NCBI RefSeq assembly: GCF_004010195.1
Contig: NC_057750.1
Coordinates: 18,514,542 to 18,578,541 of the forward strand
From: Chiloscyllium plagiosum
Taxonomy: Eukaryota
Direction: 5' to 3'
DNA length: 64,000 bases
The notes beneath the pieces are model-generated. The model was not told where the DNA came from. It did no database searches and saw only the letters and a list, made by a program, of their open reading frames with translations. This document shows positions 1 to 13,150 of the stretch, one piece after another (the stretch's first letter is position 1; each line of letters begins with the position of its first letter). Both the position numbers and the translations under genes were made by a program.

Positions 1-344
1 CCAAAGTGACGTCTTCCACATCTTGTGACTGCTACAGTTAAAAACAAACTAGGAAAAAAAACTTGAACAGGCAGAACTGACCTCTCTCCTTCCATTGTTA
101 AATTAGCCGCTTCCCAGGAACTCTTTTGAAAAAAAAGGCAACGGCAAAATAACCTTTTTAAAGTGACAGCATTGTCATACATACACTAGGGGAAGTTTGA
201 AATTCGCAGATAACAAGCAACTCAGTTGTTAGTGAACAATGAAGAGAATATATTAGATACCTGTCGCATGCCAGTTAATACAAATGTAAATAATACATTT
301 CTAGAAAGTATGTAGTAAGGAAATATGAATTAAACTGAACCTTA

Positions 345-672
345 AAAAATCCCGACAGTAAGGAAACAGGTCATTCATCCAATTGAGTCTGCACCCGACC
401 CTCTGAAGAGCAACTCACCCAAACCCAAAACCCTTCATTTACCATGGTTAAAACACCTAGCCTTCACATCCCTGGATATTACGGGGCAAGTTTAGCATGG
501 CCAATCCACCAGAGGTATAAATCTTTGGAGGAAACCAGAGCACCCAGAAGAAATCCACCCTTACACGGGGAGGATATGCAAACTCTGCACAGACAGTCAC
601 CCAAGGCTGGAATCGAGCCTGGTCCTTGGTGCTGTGAGGGAGTTATGCTAATACTAAGATAACAGTGCTTCC
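345..672 (-). mobile_element. tRNA-derived shark SINE (V-SINE/HE1-like)
   Basis: Reverse complement of the SINE at 35381 (tRNA-like head, TGTGCAGAGTTTGCA core, TTGGCCATGCTAAA). Confidence 0.75.
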
Positions 673-2949
673 CAAACAATTTTCCAATGAAGCTTTATTG
701 CCACATATATTTTAAAAACAGTGAAAAATGTTAATTGTCACCATGTTCCAATGCCATGAGGATGACGGAAAAGATTAAAAGATGTTACTAAAACAGAGTT
801 TATCTTCTTACCTTCTTGCTCGTCAACCAGTGCTCTGCTTGACATTGGCCAGGATCTCTGTAACAGACTTCTGGATATCTGTAAGGAACTCCAGGCCCAC
901 CAATGTTGATGCCATCACCAGAAGTCTCGCTCCCAGCCCACCAATCCAGGTCTGCCCTTTATCTTAAATCTGTCGGTTGCTGGCAGGTGGGACTAGATTG
1001 GGTTGGGATATCTGGTCGGCATGGACGGGTTGGACTGAAGGGTCTCTATGACTCTATGCCCCCAGTCACTGCTCTCTCCATCAAGGGAGAGGTTCCTTCC
1101 TGTCTACCATACCTATACACCTCATGGTTTTATACATCTCAATTGTGCCCCTTCTCAATCTCCTCTGTTCTTAAAAACAATCCCTTTCTATCCAATTTCT
1201 CTTCATAAGGAAACTCTCCAGCCCAGGTAACAACCTGGTAAATCTCTTGTACACTCTCTTGTGTGCTATCCTGAAAGTGTGAATTTCAGAACTGCACACA
1301 ATACACTAGTTGTGGCCTAACCAACATTTTATACAGTTCCAGCATGATTACCCTCCTCTTAAACTCTATACCTCAACTAATAAAGCTAAATATCCCATAT
1401 CCTTTCTGAACCATTTTATCCACCACCTGTCTGTGGATGTATATATTAAGGGTGTTCTGATCCTTAGTGCTTCCCAGGATCCCTCTGTGTGGTATGTACT
1501 CCATTGCCTTGTTTGTCCTGTCCAAGTGCATCAGCTCATATTTGTCTATACTGAATTACTTAGAAAAATAAAGAAATAAATAGTCCAGCAGGAATAAATT
1601 AGAAAAATAAGTAAGTAAAAGGTTGAGAGTGTCAGTCTTTTCAACCCAGTCCATGCTGGCATTTAGCCTCAAAGGCAACTTCTACTGCTTCGCCACTGCC
1701 TACACCGGACCCACCAACATGGGGGTTACCCCACTCAGGTGCCAACTCTTTGCCACTGGGCCCACTTTGCTGATATCGCTGAACCCACAATCCCCCCTTA
1801 AACCAAGAGTCCTTTGCTCTGCTGTTAGGATAGGCTACAGCCCAGCCACAAGTCCTGCTTCGACTGCAGAGGTCGGCTTGCTGGCGCCACCATCTTAAAG
1901 AGCCCACTGTCGCTGGAGGACTTTGCTGCCTCTACTGCCAGCCCTGAACGCCAGGAGAATGGCCTCGCTGTCATTTCCACAGCCCAGAATAGCAGAAGTA
2001 TGCAATTTCAAGGGGGAGGGGTTGGGGGGGGAGAGGGCTGGGCTACTGTTGAACCTTCATCACTGAGCCTGAGGGTAGAGATTATTATGGAACCAGATGC
2101 CACAGGACCTATAGCATCCAATGGTGCTTACAGCATTCAGAACGACAATTATGTTTATGTCTTGTGTGCTTTCTTCACAGCCAGCTTTCCCCCCCACCAA
2201 CCTCCTTGCAGGAGTGACATCATGAACATGAAGAGGTCTTGAAGAGAGAACGCAACTGATTGATTGGAGATGTGCCAATAACCACAGGAGCCAGCTACTT
2301 CAAATATGAAGACAGTGAATAGTACATTTGACTGAGAAACAGGCAAAGTATTTTGTTGCTAGAAGTAAACAAACAGACTTGAACATTCTAATGGAAGATA
2401 TCAGTGAAATATTCATTTGTTGGAACTAAGCCAACAGATTTTTATTCATGACATTTTGTCCACCTGTTAAACATGAAATAATTTCATGTAAACATTTAGT
2501 TTTCTTGTCATCATTTCAAATATGTGCCCATTTTAAATCTGTACAAGTAAACTAACACTAAGGACATGAGCATTTTGAATGAGCCAACAATTTATTTTCT
2601 TCAACTTGGAAGCAAGGAAATACCAGTCAAGTAGGCTGTTTTACAAAAGACAGGAAGTTCAATCACATGCACATACCAAGTTTGAAAGATGTGCCACATA
2701 GCTGCTGGATAGATATATTCAGGCTCCTCCTTTATGCAGGAATATGGAAGGTATATCTGAAATGGTGTCCTGCCCAGCTTGGGGCCTGGAACACTGTGTA
2801 GGTCATGACAGATATAGCATTGTGACCAGTTTGTGCAATTGTGATCAGGCATGGGTGTCAAAGGTCATCAGCCTGGTACTAACTCTCTGATTGGTTCCAG
2901 GGTAGCTAAGCACCTTGTGGATGTAAAAGGGACAGTAATGTGTCAAAAA

Positions 2950-4110
2950 GTCAGAGGTGTACAGCACAGAAACAGATCATTCTGTCCAACTTGTCCATGC
3001 CGACCGAATATCCTAAATTAATCGAGTCCCACTCTCCAGCACTTGACCCATATCCCTTTAAACCTTCCTATTCGTGAGCTACCAAATGAAGTGGTGGAGG
3101 CTGGTTAAAATTATGGCATTTAAATAGCATCTGGAAGGGTATATGAATAAGAAGGGTTTAGAGGGATATGAGCCAAGTGCTGGCAAATGGGACTAGATTA
3201 AGTTAGGATATCAGGTCGGCATGGACGAGTTGGACCGAATGATTTGTGCTGTATATCTCAGTGACTCTATTCGTGAGACTTGATTTCCCATGCACAAAGC
3301 CATGTTGTCTATCCATAATCTGTCCTTGCCTTTCCAAATACATGTAAATCCTAAACCTCAGGATTTCCTTTAACAACATGCCCACCACTGATGTCAGGTT
3401 CACCGGTCTATAGTTCCCTGGCTTTTCCTTACAACCTTTCTTAAATTGTGGCAACACATTAGCAAACCTTCGGTCATCCAGCACCTCACCTGTGGTTATT
3501 GATGATACAAATATCTCAGGAAGGGGCTCAGCAATCACTTCCCTAGCTTCCCACAGTGTTCTAGGATCCACCTGATAAGGTAAAGGGGATTTATCCACCT
3601 TTATGCATTTTAAGACATCCAGCACTACCACTTTTGTAATATGGACATTTTTCAAGATGTCACAATCTATTTCCCCATATTCTGTATCTTCCATGTCCTT
3701 CTCCGCAGTAAACACTGATGCAAAATACTCCTTTAGTATCTCCCCCATCTCCTGCAGTTCCACACATAGGCTGCCTTGTTGATCTTTGAGGGGCCCTGTT
3801 TCTCTCCTCAGTTATCCTTTTGTCCTTAATGTATTTATAAAATACCTTGTGATTCTCCTTAACTTTATTTGCTAAACTATTTCAGGTCCCCTTTTTGCCC
3901 TCCTGATTTCCCTCCTAAATGTACTCTTACTGCCTCTATTCTCTTCTAAGGATTCATTCGATCTCTGCTGTCATACCTGACATATGCTTCCTTCTTTTTC
4001 TTGACTAAAACCTCAATTTCTGTAGTCATCCAGCATTTCCTACACCTACCAGCCTTGCCTTTCACTCTAACAGGAACATACTGTCTCTGGACTCTCGTTA
4101 TCTCATTTTC
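2950..4110 (-). mobile_element. CR1 LINE fragments (ORF2 remnant with rearranged 3' tails)
   Basis: ORF 3203..3763 KSP..PGNYRPVNLTSVVG..QHGF; CR1 3' UTR on both strands at 2950-3270. Confidence 0.85.
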
Positions 4111-4544
4111 ATTGAAAGTTTTGAGTTCAGAATTCCAAACTCATTTCGTTGCACACAGAACACTTTTCACCCTCTGTTGCATATTTTCTGAACTCAACTT
4201 CTGAAAATAGCCAGTACTGATTTCATAAAATTTCATAGCCCACAGTGGGATCGGTTGCAGACAAGCCACTGCCCACAGGCTGTCACCTCAATTCTAGTGG
4301 GTGTAATGGGTGGAGGTTGGGGGCTGCTGGTAAAGGGCTTGTTAAAGCCTCATTATTCCACTCTACCCTCTTGTTTCTGTCAGTTATTTCAAAAGAGCAG
4401 ACCAGATCATTTCAATACATTAGGCTTCATCAATCTCTCTGGAAATAATTAAACTGCCTTAAAGTCAAATGTGTCCATGTGATCGAGTTAGTACATGTTA
4501 CTGAGTCTGATGATCCAGTTTAACTGGACACCTGGATAACTTTC

Positions 4545-4815
4545 TTTAACATAGAACCCCTACAGCATGGAAGCAGGCCATTCAGTCTATCAAAGTCATA
4601 ACAACCCTCCAAAGAGCATCCCACCCAGACCTAACCTCATCCCTGTAACCCTGCATTTCCCAAGGCCAATCCACTGAGCTGGCACATCTTTGGACTGTGG
4701 GAGGAAACCGGAGCACCCAGAGGAGAATGTGCAAACTCCACACAGGTAGTCACACGAGGTGGAATTGAACCTGAGTCCCTGGCACTTTGAGGTAATAGTG
4801 GCAACCAGTGAGCCC
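4545..4815 (-). mobile_element. tRNA-derived shark SINE
   Basis: Same family as 35381-35713. Confidence 0.75.
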
Positions 4816-5214
4816 AACAATGTTTACGCAATATTTATTGAAAAAAACCCTCTCCCTATCTCGTCAGTTTTTTTTATTCTTTCATGGGAAATTGGTTTAG
4901 CAGGCCAGATAGCATTTGTTCCCCATCGTAAGTGCCATTGCACTGAGTGGATTTCAGTAAACAGTTAAGAACTGGATCTGGAATCACATGTAGGACAGGT
5001 AAGGTAAGAATGGCAGATTTCCTTCCATGAAGTGCATTAGTAAATTAGATAGGTTAGTTAGTGGCAATTTCATGGTAACACCGACAGACTGTTCTTACAT
5101 CTCAGATCACTAGTTGCTGTGATGAGATTCGAACCTATGTCCCCAGCACATTATTCCAAGTCCATTAACCTGGCATGCATTGGTACAGACACCCTCTAGG
5201 AAAGGAGTCACAGA

Positions 5215-7696
5215 GAAGGAGAGGATTAGGCAAAATGGGAGGATATTTAATTGGGGAAGAGGAAACTATGATGCGATTAGACATGACTTAGGAAGCAATT
5301 GGGAGCAATTGTTCCATGGTAAGGGCACTATAGACATGTGGAGACTGTTTAAGGAACAGTTGTTGCAAGTGATGAATAAATATGTCCCTCTGAGACAGGC
5401 AAGAAGTGGTAAGATAAAGGAACCTTGGATGACGAGAGTGGTGGAACTTCTCGTCAAAAGGAAAAAGGTAGCTTACATAAGGTGGAGGAAGCTAGGGTCA
5501 AGCTCAGCTCTAGAGGATTACAGGCAGGCGAGGAAGGAGCTCAAAAATGGTCTGAGGAGAGCCAGGAGGGGGCATGAGAAAGGCTCGGCAGAATGGATTA
5601 GGGAGAACACAAAGGCATTTTACATTTAGGTGTCAAAGAAAGAGTAGGCCCGATCAGGGATAGCATAGGGAATTTGTGTGTGGAGTCTGAGGAGGTAGGG
5701 GAAGCCCCAAATGAGTTTTTTCCTTCTGTTTTTATGAAAGAAACGAACTTTGTAGTGAATGAAACCTTTGAAGAGCAGGTGTGCATGCTGGAATGGATAG
5801 AGATAGAGGAAGCTGATGTGCTGAAAGTTTTGTCAAACATTAAGATTGACAAGTCGGCAGGCCCGGACCAGATTTGTCCCTGGCTGCTTTGGGAAATGAG
5901 AAATGCAATTGCTTCACCACTTGCGAAGATCTTTGCATCCTCACTCTCCACTGGAGTCGTACCTGAGGACTGGAGAGAGGCAAATGTAATTCTTCTCTTC
6001 AAGAAAGGAAATAGGGAAATCCCCGGCAAGTCTCATGTCTGTTGTCTGCAAGGTGTTAGAAAGGATTCTGAGGGATAGGATTTATGACCATCTGGAAGAG
6101 TATGGCTTGATTAAATGCAGTCAACATGGTTTTGTGAGGGGCAGGTCATGCCTCACAAAGCTTATTGAGTTCTTTATGTATGTGACTAGAAAATTTGATG
6201 AGGGTCGAGCTGTGGATGTGGTGTATATGGACTTCAGCAAGGCATTTGATAAGGTTCCCCATGGTAGGCTCATTCAGAAGGTCAGGAGGAATGGGATACA
6301 GGGGAACTTAGCTGTCTGGATACAGAATTGGCTGGCCAACAGAAGACAGCGAGTGGTAGTAGAAGGAAAATATTCTGCCTGGAAGTCTGTGGTGAGGGGT
6401 GTTCCACAGGGGTCTGTCCTTGGGCTTCTACTGTTTGTAATTTTTATTAATGACTTGGATGAGGGGATTGAAGGATGTGTCAGCGAGTTTGCAGACGACA
6501 CAAAGGTTGGAGTTGTATACAAGATGATTAGGGGGTTAGATAGGGTCGACAGTATGAACCTTTTCCCGCGTATTGAGTCGGGTATTACAAGGGGGCATAG
6601 CTTTAAATTAAGGGGGGGTAGATATAGGACTGATGTTAGGGGTAGGTTCTTCACTCAGCGAGTCGTTAGTTCATGGAATGCCCTGCCAGTAACAGTGGTG
6701 GACTCTCCCTCTTTATGGGCATTTAAGAGGGCATTGGATAGGTATATGGAGGATAGTGGGTTAGTGTAGTTTAGGTGGGCTTGGATCGGCGCAACATCGA
6801 GGGCCCAAGGGTCTGTACTGCGCTGTATTCTTCTATGTTCTATGTTCTATGTTCTATGTGTCGTTGACAGTATAAAGGGCTGTTGTAGGCTGCAGCGGGA
6901 CACTGACAGGATGCAGAGGTGGGCTGAGAGGTGGCAGATGGAGTTCAACCTGGATAAATGCGAGGTGATGCATTTTGGAAGGTCGAATTTGAAAGCTGAG
7001 TACAGGATTAAAGATAGGATTCTTGACAGTGTGGAGGAACAGAGGGATCTTGGTGTGCAGGTACATAGATCCCTTAAAATGGCCACCCAAGTGGACAGGG
7101 TTGTTAAGAAAGCATATGGTATTTTGGCTTTCATTAACAGGGGGATTGAGTTTAAGAGTCGTGAGACCTTGTTGCAGCTCTATAAAACTTTGGTTAGACT
7201 GCACTTGGAATACTGCATCCAGTTCTGGTCACCCTATTATAGGAAAGATGTGGATGCTTTGGAAAGGGTTCAGAGGAGGTTTACCAGGATGCTGCCTGGA
7301 CTGGAGGGCTTATCTTATGAAGAGAGGTTGACTGAGCTCGGACTTTTTTCATTGGAGAAAAGGAGGGGACCTAATTGAGATATACAAGATAATGAGAGGC
7401 ATAGAGTCGATAGCCAGAGACTATTTCCCAGGGCAGAAATGACTAACACGAGGGGTCATAGTTTTAAGCTGGTTGGAGGAAAGTATAGAGGGGATGTCAG
7501 AGGCGGGTTCTTTACACAGAGTTGTGGAAGCATGGAATGTGTTGCCAGCAGCAGTTGTGGAAGCAAGGTCATTGGGGACATTTAAGAGACTACGCATATG
7601 GTCACAGAAATTTGAGGGTGCATACATGAGGATCAGTGGTCGGTACAACATCGTGGGCGGAAGGGTCTGTTCTGTGCTGTACTGTTCTATGTTCTA
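5215..7696 (+). mobile_element. 5'-truncated CR1 LINE (ORF2/RT, frameshifted)
   Basis: QHGFVRGRSCLT, YMDFSKAFDKVPH, GVPQGSVLG, FADDTK, LEYCIQFWSP; (GTTCTAT)n tail. Confidence 0.95.
6513..6857 (+). mobile_element. Second CR1 3' end nested inside the host RT
   Basis: Interrupts FADDTKVG|GVVDS; reads YKMIRG..TRGHSFKL..RVVSSWNALP; has its own (TTCTATG)n tail. Confidence 0.9.
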
Positions 7697-8279
7697 TTAT
7701 ACTTTACTCCAATGCTGCACACCATACCAAATCAGAAAGAGAGGGTAGACGGTTTCTCTTACAAGTAACTGAATAGGTCAAATTGATCTCCTCCCTCCCT
7801 CCGCCCCGCCTCCTGGCGAACAGCTCACCTGGACTTGTCACTTGACTTGGGGATGTAACTGTTCAATAAGAATCCCCAGAGTAGGCAGGAAACACCTGTT
7901 AACGATAAAGCCAGATAGAGCAAAATCTTGTTTCTCTTCTGAAGACTGAGCGTGTTTATTCCAACAAGAAACAGGTTACTATGAAAGTGAGGGAATATAT
8001 TTAGAATTTCTGGTGATAAAGAAATGCAGGTACTGTCTGCAAAGTATAACAGTCAAAATGCTGGCAATTTCTCCTGTGTGTTTCTACATAGGCTCCGTAG
8101 ATGGCGCTCTATGGCCATGAACGAAAGCAGTACTGGTACCTGGTGTGACAAGAACATAAGGACAGGGGAAACCCATCTGAACCAATATCATTGGGAAAGA
8201 AAGAAAATAATTCAGTCCCTGCATGGAAACAGGAGTATTCAGTATAGAACAAGAAAAGGTTCATTCATCTTCAAAAATC

Positions 8280-8640
8280 GTAGAGTTACACCGCACAGAA
8301 ACAAACCCTTCGGTCCAATTCATCTGCGCGGACCAGATATCCAAAACTGACCTCGGCCCATTTGCCAGCCTTTGGCAGATACCTCTCTTAACTCTTCCCA
8401 TTCATGTACCTCTCAAGATGCCTATTAAATGTTGTAATCGTATGCTCCTTCACCACCTCCTCTGGCAGCACCTTTCATACATGCGCCACCGCCTGTGTCA
8501 AAACGTTGCCCTCAGGTCCCTTTTAAATCTTTCGCCTCTCACCTTAGACCCATGCTGTCTAGTTTTAGACTCCTCTACACTGGGAAAATTACCTTGGCTA
8601 TTCACTCTATCCATGCTCCTCATGATTTTATAAACCTCTG
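8280..8640 (-). mobile_element. CR1 3' fragment
   Basis: Minus-strand YKIMRSMDRV..RGERFKRDLR. Confidence 0.8.
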
Positions 8641-9605
8641 GAGGCCATTCTGCTTTTCTAATTATTGTAGGAAGCGTCAGCATCTAAAGGCTATTCAGTC
8701 GTTTAATTAGATCAGGGCAAGGTTGTTTCTAAGCTCCAGTTACTCATCTTTATTTTGCAGTTTTCTTTATCCTCATAATTTAAAAAAAAAGATCAATTTG
8801 AGTGGTGACAGTGCCAACTGAATTTCAGCCTCGGGAGATTATTGTTCGCGAGACCCAATGCAAATTGTGTGGATACTGAGCCGAACCCTGATCAACCCTC
8901 AGGATAAATGGTTTCTCTCTCCATGTTCCATCAAATCATCTTATATCTCTTGAGGAGGTGACAATGCGAATGTCTAAATTCAAGGGGGGGGAAAATCCTG
9001 ATCGGAGAATGATCTGTCCCGGAAACACACAAACAGACCATTCGGTCCCTCAAGCCTACTCCGCGATTCAATGAGACCCAGGTTGATCGGATTGGCCTTA
9101 ACTTCATGTTCTCGCTTTTCGTCACACCCCAAACACTCTTGCATCTGCCTACGTGCAAAACCCTCTCATCCTTGAATCTATTCAATGGTTCCATTGCTCT
9201 CTGCTGAAGAGAATTCCACGCTATTCTCTGCGAGAAAAAAAAAGACTGCTTCTCATTTCCGTTTTAAACTGGGAAAATGGTTCTCTTTGATCCAGAAGGA
9301 AACGTCACGATGGGTGGGAGGGGGGATGCGGAGGGACGAATTCTCAGCATTTGATAACCTCCTCTGATACAATTCAGTACAAATGAAATGTCTTTTGGGT
9401 TTCGATGACTTTACCTCCGATTCTTCTAAACTCCAATTTGAAGTTTATTCCAACATGTTGTGGATCTGCCCGCGAGGGCGAGTTGATCCTCTCTATGAAA
9501 CAGCCCGGAAATCATTTTTTGCATTATAAGTAGTTCACTTGAATCACGTCTCAATATTTCACTTTGAAGTGAAGTGCCCGTGTTGGACTGGGGCGGACGA
9601 AGACA

Positions 9606-9752
9606 AGAAATCACACGACACCAGGCTATGGTCCAACAGGTTTACTTGAAATCACGAGCTTACTTCAGGTGAAATGAAGAAGTGGCAACGCTCGGAAAAC
9701 TTGTGATTTCCAATAAGTTTGTTGGATATAACCTGGTGTCGTGCGATTTGCA
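9606..9752. repeat. Short palindromic Penelope-terminus-like repeat
   Basis: AAATCACACGACACCAGG..CCTGGTGTCGTGCGATTT inverted arms. Confidence 0.6.
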
Positions 9753-9914
9753 GATTGAAGGGTATGACAGACATGTTTATGCAGTCTGTATTGTCCCCTC
9801 CACGCCTTCTGTTGTTCTGGTGAATCTGAGCTGCGGCCCCCTCTAAAGTTTGTCCACTCAGCAACCCCTCCTTTGGATCTTGCTGTTCCTAATAGACCCT
9901 CATTATCCAAATAG

Positions 9915-10070
9915 GGGATGAGGGGCGTGGCTGATAATAAAACGGGGCGGGACTATCAATCTGATTGGGTGGGATCGGGATATCAATCAGAGTGAGGAGC
10001 GAAGCAATGTATTTTCAAAACTGTCTTGCCGCTGATAAAGGTTGTTTGAATGGGAACTTTAAAGTGGAAG
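9915..10070 (+). promoter_or_regulatory. V1 promoter (GC boxes, CCAAT, GATA-like sites)
   Basis: GGGGCGTGG 9922-30, GGGGCGGG, CTGATTGG, TGATAA. GGGGCGTG recurs about 120-170 nt upstream of the ATG at V2 (13014), V6 (29320), V9 (45510) and V11 (62928); GGGGCGGG occurs at V3 and V4. Confidence 0.6.
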
Positions 10071-10606
10071 ATGCATCTGTTGGTGGCTCTGTTCATCATG
10101 TTTCACTGTAAAGGTCTCGACAAATAAAACAAATCCTAACATCTAACTTTGTTTCTGCTGGCTGTCCTTCCCATCTGCTGTTTTTCTTTCTGTTGCCTTT
10201 TCTCTCAATTACACTTAATTTATCTTGTTTCTCTTATTTAATATTTTTTTCCTCCAAGACCCCAAGCGTTCAATTTCCTGACCTCTGCTGCTCCCTTGTC
10301 TTTGCCTCAGATGTGAAATCGCGGACAATCCACCAGACTCCCGCTGCCGTCTCCCAAATCCCAGAGACGAGAGTGAAGCTGCAGTGCCGTGTGGAGACAG
10401 CAAGTACCATCAACATGTTCTGGTACAGACAAGCCCCGGGAAAGGGGCTGCAGCTGATGTTTTACTCCAATATCGCAAATCGCGTGGATCCAGAGGGGCT
10501 GGTGGACGGTTTCACCGCCGAGAAACCAAATAACAACGAGTTTAACCTGGAGACCCCCAACTTGTGGTTGAACAATTCGGCCGTGTATTACTGCGCCTGG
10601 AGCATT
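10071..10606 (+). CDS. TRBV: TCR V segment V1 (TRBV30-like, subfamily A). Leader 10071-10107, intron 10108-10310, V exon 10311-10606
   Basis: Leader MHLLVALFIMFH, phase-1 GT..AG intron, V exon VKSRTIHQTP..LQC..MFWYRQAPGKGLQLMFYS..SAVYYCAWSI, followed directly by a 23-RSS. Confidence 0.92.
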
Positions 10607-10645
10607 CACAGTGACTCAGAGAGAGGGAGCAGCTCAACAAAAACC
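10607..10645 (+). promoter_or_regulatory. 23-RSS of V1
   Basis: CACAGTG + ACTCAGAGAGAGGGAGCAGCTCA (23 nt) + ACAAAAACC. Confidence 0.97.
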
Positions 10646-13150
10646 CCCAAAGGTTGCACGAAACAACCGCGAATGACATCACTCATCGCCTCAGCTCGTC
10701 TTGCAGGTGTCTGTATCGCAAACGGAGCATTTTGCTCTGTTAATTAATAGAATGACATTGTAAATGATGACATCAGAGAGGACAGGTTATAACTGACTGA
10801 GGGTTGGAATGCTCTCTACTAAACGGAAGCCAGATGAGGGAGAAAGAAATTAAATACTTTGTTCATTCGTGAAAGGAAATGTAAATGGGAAGAGGGTGTT
10901 GCATAAACATTAGCACTCCGACGCGGGCTGAATGGCCTCCTTTTGGGATATACATTACCTGCATTTAGAGTGAGCAGCGAATATACCAAAATTATGGCAA
11001 TTGATTTACTCCTCATAGGATGTCGATCTCAGTATCATTCGTTGCCCGCCCTTAGTTGCCCTTGAACTGAATGCCTTGATGGGCCATTTGAAAGGGCAGT
11101 TAAGAGTCAAATATATTCCTGGGGTCCGGAGGTAGACCAGATCGGATTGGTGACCCCAGATTTCATTTCCCAGGTGTATTCTTTTTTTTACAGCAAATCC
11201 ATAATAGAGTCATAGAGATGTACAGCATGGAAACAGATGAAGTGCTGTAGTGTGATTAAAACTAAAATCAGCAGAACACGAGCCAGGGCTTGGGGATTAA
11301 TAGCTCGGTTACATTATCACCACTCCACCAGCTCTCCAAAAATAATCTGTGGTATAGAAATACTGTTTGGCGAGGGAATCGCGCAATAACTAGTGCGGGA
11401 ATACACGTGACTGAACGGCTTTGAACATGGCCCTTTCTACACCTCGCATCTAGTGAATTTGGCAGGTATTTCAAGCGAGTGTCTTGACTTCTAATCAAAG
11501 ACATTTATCTAGAGCAGGAATGTGCAAAATAATCCACAAACCATTAACTGTTGTATGGACAAAAAGATGCTAATTAAGGATGAGTTACAGAAAGACAACG
11601 AACGAAAGATAGTTCAAGGGAGAAACGGAAATACGAAGGCTTGGTAATTTATCCAAAACTTGTGTTCAGGCAGAGTGACAGCAGAGAGAGTGGTAAGACT
11701 ATGTAACTGATGCGTCGTAGAGGAACAACAGGTGGCCATTCAACCTAGCGCACAGACACAGAAGGAAACCATTATCAGTCCGCGCTCACTTACACTGGAA
11801 CACACCCAGACATAGTTTTTTCTGTAATCAACATGTTATGACACAGTTCTGTGATCATTAAATTCTGAGCTGGGACTTCAACCCGGTCGGGACACTGCCA
11901 CTGAGCATCTCAAATTGGATTATTTGGCAAAAAAAAACACTTCGTCTTTCTGATTCGCGAATATTTAGATGGGCAAGTGGTAATCTTTTATTAACTATTC
12001 TTAGATGAACGTATCTGTCTCATTGGGAACTGGAAGGAAGGGAGCAGTCCGTACCCGTGTCTTAGACATTCTGAAAGATTGATGGGAAACTCGGAATGGT
12101 TTCCTACAATTTCAAAATTGTCAGCAAGAAGGCTGGGAGTGAGATGAGGAGAAATCTCTTTACTCAGAAGCAACAAAAAAAGCAAATTGCTGGAAAAGCT
12201 CGTCAGGTCTGGCAGCATCTGGGGCCAGAAACCAGAGTTAACATCGAGTGACCCTTCCCCAGAACTGATGGTAGCTGCGAAAATGGGGAGAGGGTGTTGC
12301 ATAAACATTAGCACTCCGACGCGGGCTGAATGGCCTCCTTTTGGGATATACATTACCTGCATTTAGAGTGAGCAGCGAACATACCAAAATTATGGCAATT
12401 GATTTACTCCTCATAGGACGTCGATCTCAGTGTCATTCGTTGCCCCCCCCTTAGTTGCCCTCGAACTGAATGCCTTGATGGGCCCCGTTTACATGCAGAA
12501 GATAGGCTGGGAGAAGGGGGAAAGGAGTAAACAGTAGGTGGGGATAGAGCCCAAAGAGAGAGACACGAACAGTTGGACTGACAGAAGAGTGGGTAACGAT
12601 CCGGCCAAGGGCTGAGTGAGGATTGTTATTGAATAATAATGTGTGTAATAGCTGACTATGTGTTAACAAGGCCTGGTGTGTGGGTGCTGGGGTGCTTCGG
12701 AGCAGAGCATTTAGAAGGTGATGATGCTTAAGTCCTAAAGTTGTTGCACTCCATATTGAGTCTCGAGGGCTGCAGGGTCCTCAAGCGGCAAATGAAGTAC
12801 GACTTTTCTCAAGTTGATAAGATTTGAAATGCGCTGCCTGGGAGAGTGCTGGAGCCAGATTCCTTAAGAGAAATCACAAGCTTTCTAAGCGCTGCCCCTT
12901 CTTTAGCTGAAATCCAACATCAGCATTAATGGGACGAGACAGACACTGTTCATCGTAAACTGGGAAGCTCTGCTAACAGGCAAAACAATCATTCCAGTTG
13001 GTTGAAGGGCTTGGGGGCGTGTCCAATCCTGTCCCTCCCCATACCGACCTGATATACCACTCAACAGCTTGGAAAGAGCGAGTTGGTTCTCCAGCAGACG
13101 CCAAGCTGCTGTGCACGCACCTTCTCTCTCATACAAGAAACTTCAAGGGA

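Larger units (their letters stand above)
5175..7875 (+). pseudogene. Decayed V relic split by a CR1 insertion (halves at 5175-5214 and 7697-~7875)
   Basis: ATGCATTGGTACAGACAC.. reads MHWYRHPLGKESQ and rejoins TTATACTTTACTCC.. after the CR1 tail; colinear with the uninterrupted relic at 23.5 kb. Confidence 0.75.

Noticed and set aside
5180-7378. Functional host reverse-transcriptase gene
   Set aside because: Frameshifted, 5'-truncated CR1 with a nested insertion.
8858-8865. Ig octamer ATGCAAAT
   Set aside because: About 1.2 kb from the V1 ATG and not seen in any V promoter. It gives no support for an Ig locus.
10193-10747. Long single-exon ORFs spanning V exons (also 13311, 16427, 36839, 42220, 45850, 50091, 63404)
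   Set aside because: They start in introns and read through the RSS (HSDSERGSSSTKTP is the translated RSS). The real products need splicing and V(D)J joining.
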